64,000 nt of DNA. Origin: Gammaproteobacteria bacterium (GTDB lineage Bacteria > Pseudomonadota > Gammaproteobacteria > DSM-16500). The translations under genes were made by a program, and so were the position numbers. The notes under the pieces are model-generated. The model did no database searches. It was not told the DNA's origin and worked only from the letters and a program-made list of their open reading frames with translations. The stretch is taken from the NCBI GenBank assembly GCA_013286085.1, contig JABDGK010000003.1, forward strand, positions 19,115 through 83,114, in the 5' to 3' direction. Below, one piece after another: positions 30,015-40,545 of the stretch (the first letter of the stretch is position 1; each line of letters opens with the position of its first letter).

Positions 30015-31370
30015 CTATAACCGCAAAATATCATTCGCCAATGCTCGCATCATCAATAAGAATAACGCAATGATCCCAAAACGATAAAGCAATAGCTGTG
30101 CTCGCTGAGCAAGTGGTCGTTGGAAAATAAATTCAATCGTTTGAAATAATAAATGCCCACCATCCAGTCCTGGGATAGGAATAACATTAATAATACCAAT
30201 TGAAATACTCAAAAACGCTAAAAAACTTAAGAAGGGTATAAAACCATTATTCAGCGCTGAGCCGGCACTTTCAAAAATAGTAATAGGTCCACCTAAACTC
30301 TCGAGAGAAATTTTTCCGGTCAGCATTTTTTCAAAGACAATTATATTCATGGTAGTAAAAAGCTTCACATCTGCCCACGCATGGGAAGCAGCATTTAATG
30401 GCGAGTATTGATTACTAATCAGCATATCTTTAGGCCATTCAAACGCCGGTGTCATGCCAACATAACCGTATTTGTGTGAAAAAATAGGATTCATGATACC
30501 AATTGTAATCGGTAAGTTGAGGGTTTTCTTATGACGTTTCACGGTAAATAAAAATGTTTCACCGGGATGCGTCGTAAATTTTTGCACGAGAGAGATCCAG
30601 TCACCGGTTGGTAATTTATTCACAGCTATGATTTGATCACCCGAACGAAGCCCGGCTTTTTCAGCAGGCGAATCCGGCATGACCTTGCCAATCACATTCG
30701 GAATAACCGGTTCGTAAATTCCAATTCCTAAACTGAGTAAAGGATCCGGTCGTAAGTCATCCATGTGCCAATTTGTTAAGTTTAAATCATAGTTTTTTAT
30801 ATTGTTAGTATGGATATCTTTGGCTGCAATAAGAAGCGTGTTTTTATCGCCAGTGCGAGACAGAATATCAACAATGACGCTCATCCAATTATGTGTTTCT
30901 TGATGATCAACGCTAATAATGGCTTGTTGTGCATGTAAACCTGCTTGTTCAGCGATCGAGTGCGGCTCAATTTTACCAATGATAGGAGCAACCGAGGTGA
31001 AGCCAATAATAAATAATAGCCAATAAATAAAAAATGCGAAAAGAAGATTAGAAGCAGGGCCAGCAGCAATCACTGCAAATTTTTTGTAAATGGGTTGGCG
31101 ATTAAAAGCCAAATGTTTTTCATTTTCAGGAACAGCGTCTTCCTCTTCATCCAGCATTTTAACGTAACCACCTAAAGGGATGGCTGCTAATATATATTCT
31201 GTGCCTGATTTATCATGCCAAGAAAATAAAGTTTTACCAAAACCAATGGAGAATTTCAGCACTTTGATACCGGATAATTTCGCTACGAGAAAATGCCCGA
31301 GTTCATGCACACCAACAACTAATAAAATCGTGATTAAGACACCAATAATCGAGATAATTAAATGTGGCAT
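30015..31370 (-). CDS. rseP: RseP intramembrane metalloprotease
   Basis: HELGH, two PDZ domains, NVIPIPGLDGG. Confidence 0.96.
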   Translation of the reverse strand: MPHLIISIIGVLITILLVVGVHELGHFLVAKLSGIKVLKFSIGFGKTLFSWHDKSGTEYILAAIPLGGYVKMLDEEEDAVPENEKHLAFNRQPIYKKFAVIAAGPASNLLFAFFIYWLLFIIGFTSVAPIIGKIEPHSIAEQAGLHAQQAIISVDHQETHNWMSVIVDILSRTGDKNTLLIAAKDIHTNNIKNYDLNLTNWHMDDLRPDPLLSLGIGIYEPVIPNVIGKVMPDSPAEKAGLRSGDQIIAVNKLPTGDWISLVQKFTTHPGETFLFTVKRHKKTLNLPITIGIMNPIFSHKYGYVGMTPAFEWPKDMLISNQYSPLNAASHAWADVKLFTTMNIIVFEKMLTGKISLESLGGPITIFESAGSALNNGFIPFLSFLAFLSISIGIINVIPIPGLDGGHLLFQTIEFIFQRPLAQRAQLLLYRFGIIALFLLMMRALANDILRL

Positions 31371-31383
31371 AAGACATCCTTTT

Positions 31384-31444
31384 CAAAGCGCAGCGTGTCC
31401 ATCGGGTGGTACACGGTGGACACGCTGCGCTTTGCCCACCCTAC
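31384..31444. repeat. GTAG-type REP doublet (left arm truncated)
   Basis: caaagcgcagcgtgtcca..tggacacgctgcgctttgcccaccctac. Confidence 0.88.
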
Positions 31445-31453
31445 AAATGTGAT

Positions 31454-32755
31454 TTACGTGCTTTCTATAACAAGTTTACGGGAGCTATCTTGTGCAACCA
31501 TTGCCAGCGGACTTTTGAGACGAATATTAAGAACACCTATCCACGCAACTAAAGCCCAGAAAATAAAGTAGGCACTCAATATCGCCGCGCCATGCGGCAT
31601 TTTAATAAATAGCATAGCAAGCAAAGGGGTAGTGCCACCCACCAACATACCGGCTAGATTGTAACCGAAACCCACACCACTGTAGCGCACATTCATTGGA
31701 ATTAATTCCGCAATGGTAATCGGTAAAATGCTTGTAAATAACGGCGCAATCAAGCTAATACCTAAGTGTCCAGCAATAATCCATAGTATATGATTCGTTT
31801 GTAAAAGTAGATAGTAAGGATAAATTCCTAACATCAAACCAATAATTCCCGCATACAACAACGGTTTTCTACCAATGCGGTCGGATAAAATAGCCAGAAA
31901 TGGAATCATGATAACTTGCACTAACAAAGCAATACTGTTAATGCCCAATGCTTTTGACATGGAAATATGCGCCAGCTGTGTCATGTAGGTCGATGACCAC
32001 ACATAAATGAGATAGCAAACAATCATGTAAAAACAAGTTAAACTGAGCAATAGTAATAATTGTTTTTTCTGATGTAAAAATACTTCAACCAGCGGTGGTT
32101 TTTCACGTGATATTTTATCAAACGACATGGTTTCGACAATTTCATAACGCAAATAAAGACAAAGAATACCGCCTAGCGTGGCTAACACAAACGGTATGCG
32201 CCAACCCCATAATGCCAATTGTTCTGGATTACATAAATGCGAAATGAGCCAACATAAAATAGACGCCGTGAGCAAGCCTAAATTGCCGCCGCAAGTTGCC
32301 CAGCTGGCAACAAAACCCTTTTTATGCGGTGGCGCTTGTTCCATTAAAAAAATCAATGATCCAACATACTCGCCTGAAAAAGATAAACCCTGAATAATGC
32401 GAAAGACAATAAGTAGGATAGGGGCGGCAATACCAATTTGACTTGTGTTGGGCAATAACCCTATGCCTGCAGTTGCTAGAGACATTAACAAGATGGTTAA
32501 AATAAGCGTTTTTTTACGGCCAATCGTATCGCCTATATGACCAAAAATAACCGAGCCTATAGGTCTGACAATAAAACTCACCATGAATACAGCCAGTGTA
32601 TTGAGTAACGCAACTTTTTTACTGCTACTCGGAAAAAAATTTGCAGCAATCATCGTAGCAAAATAACTATAAATCGACATGTCATAGATTTCAAGCATAG
32701 TGCCAATTAAATTGGCCATGATCAATTTGCGTTGTGGGTTGATGCTGTTTGTCAT
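31454..32755 (-). CDS. MFS transporter, ProP/MHS family
   Basis: GTMLEIYD, RPIG..GDTIGRK, WGWRIPF, SDRIGRK. Confidence 0.92.
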   Translation of the reverse strand: MTNSINPQRKLIMANLIGTMLEIYDMSIYSYFATMIAANFFPSSSKKVALLNTLAVFMVSFIVRPIGSVIFGHIGDTIGRKKTLILTILLMSLATAGIGLLPNTSQIGIAAPILLIVFRIIQGLSFSGEYVGSLIFLMEQAPPHKKGFVASWATCGGNLGLLTASILCWLISHLCNPEQLALWGWRIPFVLATLGGILCLYLRYEIVETMSFDKISREKPPLVEVFLHQKKQLLLLLSLTCFYMIVCYLIYVWSSTYMTQLAHISMSKALGINSIALLVQVIMIPFLAILSDRIGRKPLLYAGIIGLMLGIYPYYLLLQTNHILWIIAGHLGISLIAPLFTSILPITIAELIPMNVRYSGVGFGYNLAGMLVGGTTPLLAMLFIKMPHGAAILSAYFIFWALVAWIGVLNIRLKSPLAMVAQDSSRKLVIEST

Positions 32756-32771
32756 GTTTTATACCCGTCCC

Positions 32772-32813
32772 AAGCTTGTCTTTCCCGCGAAGGCGGGAAA
32801 GACAAGCTTTTTT
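32772..32813. repeat. REP hairpin with T-tail
   Basis: aagcttgtctttcccgcgaaggcgggaaagacaagctttttt. Confidence 0.88.
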
Positions 32814-32887
32814 AATTTTCTTGCGATAATCAGCGCTGCGCGGAGTTTACCTCGTTATGCTTTTAAACGGGGTCCACCCTATGTTTC

Positions 32888-33784
32888 TCATAAATTCTGC
32901 GTTGCCTCTAATTTATTATGCACACCGGCTGATTTAAGAATTTTACTGGCGCGATTCGCAGAAGCAACATCTTTAAATGGTCCCACTTGCACATGAAATA
33001 ATTTCGCGGAGCGATTGATTTTCACGGGGGCGGCTTGTAATGCAGCCAGGCGTCTTTTTAAAATCTCAGCATGGGATTTTTTATGAAACACACCCGCTTG
33101 TAAGTAAAGACTTCGATTCGCTATTGCACGATGATGCTGAGCAACATGTTTTTGCCGAGATGATGTTGATTTTGCATAATATAAAAAGTCTTTCGTGGTG
33201 GGTTGTGTAGCACGATTTTCAGGTGCTGCTTGCGCAAATTGCGTCGTCGTGTCAGGCATATCGCGAGGATCAACCGACTTGACATCAACATATGTTGTGC
33301 CATGACCAAGCATCCCCAGTTTTTTTGCAGCAACATACGAAAGATCAATCAAACGATTCGATTCAAAAGGACCGCGATCATTCACTTTGACAATAACTTT
33401 TTTACCGTTTTTTAAATTGGTGACTTGCACATAAGTAGGTAACGGTAAGGTTTTATGTGCTGCAGTCATGGCAAGCATATTATAGCGCTCACCATTGGAT
33501 GTGTGATGCGAGTGGAATTTAGTTCCATACCAGGAAGCAATACCCACTTCTTCATAGTTTTTACTCGACCGTAAAACATAATAACGTCTGCCAAAAACAG
33601 TATAGTGATCCATATTACCGGATCGGCTGAGCGGTTCGCGTTTTGGAACCGCATTAGGAATTTTAGATTCATCAACATAAAAATTCGGCGGACCATCTTT
33701 AGTTTGCATATGTGAACAACCACTGAGTAACGTGATAGTGGATAACACCAATAGCCATAGTAATTTTTGCATAAATTTAGGCAT
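32888..33784 (-). CDS. rlpA: Septal lytic transglycosylase RlpA
   Basis: Lipobox LSGC, ASWYG, TAAHKTLPLP, NDRGPF, C-terminal SPOR; exact start uncertain. Confidence 0.93.
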   Translation of the reverse strand: MPKFMQKLLWLLVLSTITLLSGCSHMQTKDGPPNFYVDESKIPNAVPKREPLSRSGNMDHYTVFGRRYYVLRSSKNYEEVGIASWYGTKFHSHHTSNGERYNMLAMTAAHKTLPLPTYVQVTNLKNGKKVIVKVNDRGPFESNRLIDLSYVAAKKLGMLGHGTTYVDVKSVDPRDMPDTTTQFAQAAPENRATQPTTKDFLYYAKSTSSRQKHVAQHHRAIANRSLYLQAGVFHKKSHAEILKRRLAALQAAPVKINRSAKLFHVQVGPFKDVASANRASKILKSAGVHNKLEATQNL

Positions 33785-34781
33785 GTCGTAATTTCTCCCG
33801 TAGCGACTCAATGTAGTAACTTAGCTGGTAAACAGCCATGGCATATAAGTTACTTGGATTGTAACGCTTAATGACATCAAAATTATTTAAGCCAACCCAG
33901 TATTCTTGGCCGCGAGTGCCTTGTAACTGGATGACTTTCACTTTTTGGTTAGATGGAATTTTTGAATACGGATAAAGCCCATATTCAGCTAGCTCGTCTT
34001 GTGAAAGCAATTGTGATGGTTTGCTATTTAATAAAAATCGATATTGATTGCGCGAAACCATCGTTGGAATAACAACCGGTTGATTGGTTTTCCAGCCGTG
34101 TTTTTGATAATAATTAGCAATACTGCCAATAATGTCATATTCATTATTTGATAAATCAATGTGATTATTACCAGAAAAATTAACAGCATAGTGACGGTAA
34201 CTACTCGGCATAAACTGTGGTTGGCCAATCGCACCGGCATACGAGCCGCGCACTGTTTCTGGATTTAAATGTTGCTCTCGCGCTAACAGTAAAAACTCTT
34301 CCAGTTCAGTGCGGAAATAATTTGCTCGAGATGAATCGCTAAAAGCAATACTGGCGAGTGCATCGATAACAGGGTATTCACCCTTATTTTTTCCGTATTT
34401 GGTTTCAACGCCGATGGTTGCGACGATAATACTCGCCGGTACGCCATATATTTTTTCAGCGCGCTCTAATGCCTCTTGATGACGATCCCAAAACTCAACA
34501 CCTTGTCGAATATGCGATTCATTAATAAATACTAATTGGTAGGTTGACCACTGTTGTGCTTCGAGTGGTTTACGAATGCTTTGCATGATACGAGAACGGA
34601 TTTTTATAGTACTAAATAGTCTGACTAAATCAGTACGATTAAAATGGTGCTTCTGTACCATCTTATTTATAAAGCTTTGCACATCAGGTTGATTAACAAA
34701 CTGAGCATCTGCATTTGCTGTTGTTGCAAACAACAAGACAAATACGCCTAACCAAAATGATAGAATATAGTCCTTTAACAT
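33777..34781 (-). CDS. mltB: Lytic murein transglycosylase B
   Basis: IGVETKYG, GSYAGAIGQPQFMPSSY, RYNPSNLYAMAV. Confidence 0.95.
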   Translation of the reverse strand: MLKDYILSFWLGVFVLLFATTANADAQFVNQPDVQSFINKMVQKHHFNRTDLVRLFSTIKIRSRIMQSIRKPLEAQQWSTYQLVFINESHIRQGVEFWDRHQEALERAEKIYGVPASIIVATIGVETKYGKNKGEYPVIDALASIAFSDSSRANYFRTELEEFLLLAREQHLNPETVRGSYAGAIGQPQFMPSSYRHYAVNFSGNNHIDLSNNEYDIIGSIANYYQKHGWKTNQPVVIPTMVSRNQYRFLLNSKPSQLLSQDELAEYGLYPYSKIPSNQKVKVIQLQGTRGQEYWVGLNNFDVIKRYNPSNLYAMAVYQLSYYIESLREKLRHA

Positions 34782-34791
34782 GAGTGCTCTT

Positions 34792-35934
34792 TTATGTCGT
34801 TAATAATTTACGATGTGTTTGTATAGACATTAGGATACCGAAACTTGCCATCAACGTCACCATTGATGAACCGCCGTAGCTAATAAGTGGTAAAGGAATA
34901 CCCATCACTGGCAAAACTCCAGTCACCATGCCCATGTTGATAAAAAAAGACACAAAGAAAGTGATTGTTAAACTACCCGCTAATAACCGTGTAAAAGTAT
35001 CTTGAGCATTAATTGTGATAAATAAGCCCCGCATAACGATAGCCATAAATAGCACAATAAGAATAATACTCCCAATTAAACCAAATTCTTCACCGCAAGC
35101 AGCAAAAATAAAATCGGTTGAATGTTCAGGTAAAAAATGTAAATGGGATTGCGTGCCATTTAGCCATCCCTTACCAAATAAACCACCAGAACCGATGGCT
35201 ATTTTTGATTGAATAATATGATAGCCGGAACCAAGCGGATCTCGTTCTGGATTTAAAAAAGTAATAACGCGTTGGCGTTGATAATCATGTAAGAAAAACC
35301 AGAAAATCGGTGCGCCCACTCCCACAAGACCAAGAATGGAAGAAATAATCCACCAACTCAAACCCGCTAAAAATAATGTTGTCACACCAGAAATAACCAA
35401 GATGATGGCTGTACTTAAATCAGGTTGTTTTGCGGTAAGTAATGTGGGTATTAAAATAAGAATTGCAGAAAAAAAGACGGTTCTGAGATGTAAAGGCAAA
35501 TGAATTTTATGATAGTGCCAGGCTAATACCATCGGGATTGCTAGCTTCATTATTTCCGATGGTTGCAAATGCATGACACCCAGACTTAGCCAGCGTTGTG
35601 CACCTTTACCGGTATGTCCCATAATCAATACAGCACATAATAAAACGATGCCAATAATATAGATGATAGCCGCCCAGCGCTGATACGTAGTTGGTGGAAT
35701 TTGCGCAAAGATAAACATAACACCCAGCGCTAACCCAATATGCAAAGCTTGTTGCTCAACCACATTTAAATCGTTACTGCTCGTGCTGTATAAAATAATT
35801 AAACCTAAGCTCATCAAGAGTAGTAACGCGAAAAGTAGTGGAATATCAATATGAATACATTGCCAGATAGTACGGTATTGACTGCCATTATCGCGATTTT
35901 GTAATCGCTGTTTCATTGTATTAACTGAGAACAT
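34792..35934 (-). CDS. rodA: SEDS protein RodA
   Basis: GAQRW, QPSE, QPDL, LPEHSTDFIF, SYGGSS; follows mrdA. Confidence 0.96.
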   Translation of the reverse strand: MFSVNTMKQRLQNRDNGSQYRTIWQCIHIDIPLLFALLLLMSLGLIILYSTSSNDLNVVEQQALHIGLALGVMFIFAQIPPTTYQRWAAIIYIIGIVLLCAVLIMGHTGKGAQRWLSLGVMHLQPSEIMKLAIPMVLAWHYHKIHLPLHLRTVFFSAILILIPTLLTAKQPDLSTAIILVISGVTTLFLAGLSWWIISSILGLVGVGAPIFWFFLHDYQRQRVITFLNPERDPLGSGYHIIQSKIAIGSGGLFGKGWLNGTQSHLHFLPEHSTDFIFAACGEEFGLIGSIILIVLFMAIVMRGLFITINAQDTFTRLLAGSLTITFFVSFFINMGMVTGVLPVMGIPLPLISYGGSSMVTLMASFGILMSIQTHRKLLTT

Positions 35935-37861
35935 GCGGCTTTCCTGTGGTTTCTAACGGTTTAATATGATTGATGGCACTTTTTGTCGGTGTCGTTACGG
36001 GAGTCGGTGCTATATTGAGTATTTGTAATAAATAATAGTCCAGCACAGCACGGGCAATTTTCGTTGCTTCATTGCTATTTTCAACAACCACTGCAATAGC
36101 AATTTGTGGATTCTCAGCAGGAGCAAAAGCAATTAATAGATGGTTATCACGTAATCTTTCGGGAATATTTTCTTCATTGACTTGGCTGTTTTCATTTTCA
36201 TAATGTGTTTTTGAAAATGAATAAACTTGTGCAGTACCTGTTTTTGCAGCAACCGTGTAGGGCGCATGACTTAATTTAAATCCCGTTCCTTCGGAAGAAT
36301 TGACCACACCTTGCATACCGTTAATAACCATATTCCAAAAATTATTATTTACAATATCCACGTTATTAACGAGTGCTGGTTTTTGGGGTTTATACGATTT
36401 TCCAGGGTCTTGAGAGGCTAATAGTAGATAAGGCGTAAAATGTTTACCGCGGGTTGCTATCGTTGCAACACCACTCGCAAGCTGTAATGGTGTTACCTGC
36501 ATATAACCCTGGCCAATTCCCGAGTTGATGGTGTCCCCCTCATACCAAGCAACACCTTTCACTTTACGTTTCCAGCTAGGCGATGCCACTGTGCCGCCTA
36601 ATTCATCATCCAGATCAATTCCAGAGACGTCACCAAAACCAAATTCATTTAAAACATGATCAATGCGTTGGATACCCATTTTAGAAGCAAGATCAAAAAA
36701 ATACGTATCACACGATGTAATGATCGCGCGGTTAAGATTCACGATACCATGACCATGTCGACGCCAGTCATGAAATTTATGCGAGCTATTTTTGAGTTGA
36801 AACCAACCTGGATCATAGAGAGTAAAATTAGGTGTAGCGATACCTGAATTTAAACCTTCGAGAGCGAGAAAAGGTTTGATCGTTGAAGCCGGTGGATAAA
36901 GCCCACGTAACGCCCTATCATACAATGGACGATCTGGTGATGTTTGGAGTGCTTGAAAATCTTTTGAGCTAATGCCGGCAACAAATAAATTCGGATCATA
37001 ACCGGGTTGACTCACCATTGCTAATACTTGTCCTGTGCTTGGTTGGATGGCAACAACAGCACCACGATGGCCTTCTAGTGCTTTCTCAACAGCAATTTGG
37101 AGGCGACTATCTAATGTGAGATATAAATTTTTACCCGGAACAGGATGGATTTGATTTAAAACACGAACCGGTTCGCCACTCGCATCATTTTCAACTTGTT
37201 GATATCCTACTGTGCCGTGTAATTCATCTTCATAAAATTTTTCAATACCCAATTTACCAATATAGTTTGTTGCGCTGTAATTTGTCGCATCAATATCACC
37301 TAATTCATCAATATTGATTCGACCCACATAACCCAGCACATGACTCAAGCTTGCTTCAAAAGGATAGTGACGTATTAAACGTGCCTTGATAATAAAACCA
37401 GGGAAACGATAGGCATTCTCGGCAAATTTAGCGACATCCGATTCGGAAAGACGCATCTTTAAAGGGATTTCATCAAAACGGCGATGTTGTTTCAATTGCT
37501 TCTGAAATTGAACGATATCCGTATCATCAAGCGCAATAATTTTAGCAATTTCCGAGAGCGCTTTTAATAAGTTACCCGCTTTATACGGCGTTACATCCAA
37601 GCTAAAGACAGGGGTATTTTCTGCTAATAACATACCATTGCGATCGTAGATTAAACCACGTGTCGGCTCAACGGGAATAAGATCTAACGAATTTTTTTGT
37701 GACAGTGTTGTATAAAGTGTATGTTGAGAAATTTGTAAATACGCTAATCGAACGAATAACAATAAAATTAAAATAACCATGAAAATGAAAGCAATAATTG
37801 ATCGCTGGCTGATCAACTGAATTTCTTGTAGGTGATTTTTAATAGGGGTTTTTTTGTACAT
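35921..37861 (-). CDS. mrdA: Penicillin-binding protein 2
   Basis: RGLIYDRNG, STIK, SCD, KTGTAQ. Confidence 0.96.
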   Translation of the reverse strand: MYKKTPIKNHLQEIQLISQRSIIAFIFMVILILLLFVRLAYLQISQHTLYTTLSQKNSLDLIPVEPTRGLIYDRNGMLLAENTPVFSLDVTPYKAGNLLKALSEIAKIIALDDTDIVQFQKQLKQHRRFDEIPLKMRLSESDVAKFAENAYRFPGFIIKARLIRHYPFEASLSHVLGYVGRINIDELGDIDATNYSATNYIGKLGIEKFYEDELHGTVGYQQVENDASGEPVRVLNQIHPVPGKNLYLTLDSRLQIAVEKALEGHRGAVVAIQPSTGQVLAMVSQPGYDPNLFVAGISSKDFQALQTSPDRPLYDRALRGLYPPASTIKPFLALEGLNSGIATPNFTLYDPGWFQLKNSSHKFHDWRRHGHGIVNLNRAIITSCDTYFFDLASKMGIQRIDHVLNEFGFGDVSGIDLDDELGGTVASPSWKRKVKGVAWYEGDTINSGIGQGYMQVTPLQLASGVATIATRGKHFTPYLLLASQDPGKSYKPQKPALVNNVDIVNNNFWNMVINGMQGVVNSSEGTGFKLSHAPYTVAAKTGTAQVYSFSKTHYENENSQVNEENIPERLRDNHLLIAFAPAENPQIAIAVVVENSNEATKIARAVLDYYLLQILNIAPTPVTTPTKSAINHIKPLETTGKPHVLS

Positions 37862-37932
37862 TTTCTTTACCTAAACCTAACGGCCGGCCAGTGTACCTGG
37901 ATTGGGGGCGAACTTCCAGAAAGTAACCTGGC

Positions 37933-38018
37933 ATATTTGGTGGACACGCTGCGCTTTGTCCACCCTACTTACGATTCAAATTGTAGGGTGGACAAAGCGC
38001 AGCGTGTCCACCAAATAT
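37933..38018. repeat. GTAG-type REP doublet (GTAG ends facing inward)
   Basis: tatttggtggacacgctgcgctttgtccaccctac-spacer-gtagggtggacaaagcgcagcgtgtccaccaaata. Confidence 0.92.
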
Positions 38019-38027
38019 AATACAACC

Positions 38028-38588
38028 CTAGTTAAATTTATATCCAAGATTAAGTATCAACGGGACAGTAATACCGGAATTATGCGCACATAAACGCCCA
38101 TTCGAATAATGCAATGCACTCAAAGTCGCATAAAATCCTTTCTTTTTACCAAAGAGCGCGCCAATCCCCACTTCATCTTGGAAAGTGTAATGCATACCTA
38201 AATTTTGCGTGGAGAAGCGTGTACGATTCACATATGCGGGACCAATACTTGCTTCTAAATAGGGGGAGAAATGCTCGGTTTTTGTCAAATAGAAACGTAA
38301 AACGGGTGCCAGCGCATAAATATTAATAACAGCATTTGATTTAGCACCATGAGCCCACCAGTGGCCAACACCACCTGCAAAATATAAATTAAAGTGCCCC
38401 CAAATAAGGGATTCTGGTTGATACCAAGCAACAGCACGATAACCATGCACACCCGCAGGATCTTTGCTTTTTAATAAAATCGGTAGCGTGACACCAAATT
38501 GAAAAGCGGTTGCAAATGCAGTGGAAGATATGAATAACGAGCCAATAGCGGCACAAGCATAGCGATTAAATTTGTTCACAAGTGTCAT
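38028..38588 (-). CDS. pagL: Lipid A 3-O-deacylase PagL-like beta-barrel
   Basis: FQD, HYSNG..NSG motifs, signal peptide; start 38588 has AAGG RBS. Confidence 0.85.
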   Translation of the reverse strand: MTLVNKFNRYACAAIGSLFISSTAFATAFQFGVTLPILLKSKDPAGVHGYRAVAWYQPESLIWGHFNLYFAGGVGHWWAHGAKSNAVINIYALAPVLRFYLTKTEHFSPYLEASIGPAYVNRTRFSTQNLGMHYTFQDEVGIGALFGKKKGFYATLSALHYSNGRLCAHNSGITVPLILNLGYKFN

Positions 38589-38727
38589 CCTTAACACAAT
38601 GATTTTTATATAATAACACATAGAAATCGCATTGAAAATAATACCATCCTCTAGTTGAGCAAACACAGGAAACATTGACAAAAAAGCCTAAAAAGCGCAC
38701 ACTTCCCCCTCTTTTTTCGAGGCGCCC

Positions 38728-40176
38728 ATGGCTACTACCGCAAGAGGCTTTTTCAACTCCACAGCCCATAAAACCACTCTCTTACGCGCGCTTGCCAGCA
38801 CAGCCTCGATGTGGCCCAACTCGACAGAGTTGGCGAATGTTACCGATACGGACGACAGCAATGATAAAGGCATTAACTTAGCCTCGAAAGAAGCGGTCAT
38901 TGGGGTTAGCTGTATTGCTGTAAGCATGGTGCTTATCACCGCTTTTTTTTGTGCCTCCGCCAAAAGAAGAAACCAAAATAGCGAAAGCATTATTTCCGTT
39001 CACATTAAAAGAAATAATGCACACTCATGTGGAGATAGCATTGTCATTCAACAATTAAATGTTAGTCGTGATCTCTCCGAAGAGGAGCAACTTGCAATTG
39101 AAGCAATAGGGCTGCGACCTTTTCTACTAAAAGAAATTACCGCCGTCATCCAAGATAAATTCGCAAAGAATGAGACAATCCAAGCCGGTTTAGCCATCCA
39201 ACAAGTCATTAATGTGTTTCTTCCACAAAGTAAAACAACACATGATATGGGTCCGTATGATTTAATAGAAGATATCACTGTAAAATACAATCCCAGAAAA
39301 AATCGTTGTAATTTCTTTGCAACCATACTACCACCCTTAACGCAAACAACACTGTTATTTGAAACCCTATTTGGCGCAGTGCAAGACCTGGGTTCAATGC
39401 AATTATCTCCGAGTATTCTTCCTATCAGTAGATCGGCAAGTAATGATATTTCGATTTTCCAGATCGTGTTATCAACTGTGTTTGGGTTGGGCATGTTATA
39501 CATCAGTCCTGGTCAAGCGTTCATGGGTGATCTTGGTTCAAAAATAGATAGAAAATTAATTAATTTATTTACCTGTAGAAAAGAAAATACCCCCTCTGAG
39601 CCTGCAGCAGATATATCGAAAGCCGTGAAAATTAAAATTCGCTTAGCACAGGCAGCTTTAGCGCTCTTTGTTTTAAATAGTTTGTACGCAGCGGTGATTG
39701 GTGACTATCAATCAACAGTTTCACTCAACGACAGAATTAATGCGCTCGATGATTCACTCATTCCACCGTGGGCTGTATTATTTTGCTCTATGATGGAGTT
39801 TGGCTTGAATCAATTAAATGATCCTGTGATGCTTTTTAGTGAATTACTCATGGGGACAACGTTAATTTATGCTTATTTCAATAACAAACCAAAACCAAAA
39901 GCGATAGCACAGCTTGAAGAAATAAAAACAGATGCCATGAAAAAAGATATTGTCGAAAAAGACGATGAAACAGGAGAAGCAGCGATAATACCAACTCCAT
40001 CGACACCACCACCAACAAATGGATTGCAGACACTTGGAAAGTTTTCTCCGAAACGTACAACCACACCGCCTGCCAATTCAACGCCTCCTAAAATTAATTT
40101 AACTAGCCATCAAGAAGACCTACGTCAACCACTCTTGTCAACAGAAGAGAAAAAAACATCTCTTACCAAAAATTAA
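38728..40176 (+). CDS. Multi-pass membrane orphan with Pro/Thr-rich tail, effector-like
   Basis: 482 aa, several hydrophobic segments, low-complexity C-terminus; GAGG RBS. Confidence 0.65.
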   Translation: MATTARGFFNSTAHKTTLLRALASTASMWPNSTELANVTDTDDSNDKGINLASKEAVIGVSCIAVSMVLITAFFCASAKRRNQNSESIISVHIKRNNAHSCGDSIVIQQLNVSRDLSEEEQLAIEAIGLRPFLLKEITAVIQDKFAKNETIQAGLAIQQVINVFLPQSKTTHDMGPYDLIEDITVKYNPRKNRCNFFATILPPLTQTTLLFETLFGAVQDLGSMQLSPSILPISRSASNDISIFQIVLSTVFGLGMLYISPGQAFMGDLGSKIDRKLINLFTCRKENTPSEPAADISKAVKIKIRLAQAALALFVLNSLYAAVIGDYQSTVSLNDRINALDDSLIPPWAVLFCSMMEFGLNQLNDPVMLFSELLMGTTLIYAYFNNKPKPKAIAQLEEIKTDAMKKDIVEKDDETGEAAIIPTPSTPPPTNGLQTLGKFSPKRTTTPPANSTPPKINLTSHQEDLRQPLLSTEEKKTSLTKN

Positions 40177-40202
40177 CAACACCTGTCTTTCCCGCCTTCG
40201 CG

Positions 40203-40467
40203 CAGTAGTGTCCGGTTAATCTGTGCATAAGTAGAACTGTCACCCCGCAAAATTATCAGCCACAGTTTTAAGAAGGACACAGAATTCGTTCTGATAATTT
40301 GTGCGGGGCCTGGTTGACGAACTTAAGTGATACGCAGTTTCTCTTAAAATTTGCACCAGGCCCCGCACAAAAACGCGAATGAAGGTTTATTTTTCTTTTA
40401 AAGAGAAGTGGCGCGTTTTTTGCGGGGTGACAGTTCTACTTATGCACAGATTAACCGGGCACTACTG
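40203..40467. mobile_element. MITE-like element 2 (265 bp): same core as 12051-12303, different termini
   Basis: About 50-bp IR cagtagtg(t/c)ccggttaatctgtgcataagtagaactgtcaccccgcaaaa, one mismatch; 10-bp TSD cgccttcgcg at 40193-40202 and 40468-40477, inside a tgtctttcccgccttcgcgggaaagaca REP. Confidence 0.92.
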
Positions 40468-40545
40468 CGCCTTCGCGGGAAAGACAAGCCGGGGATGAGC
40501 ATTCGGTGGACACGCTCACCCTACGTTTCTTTTTTATTAAAACGT

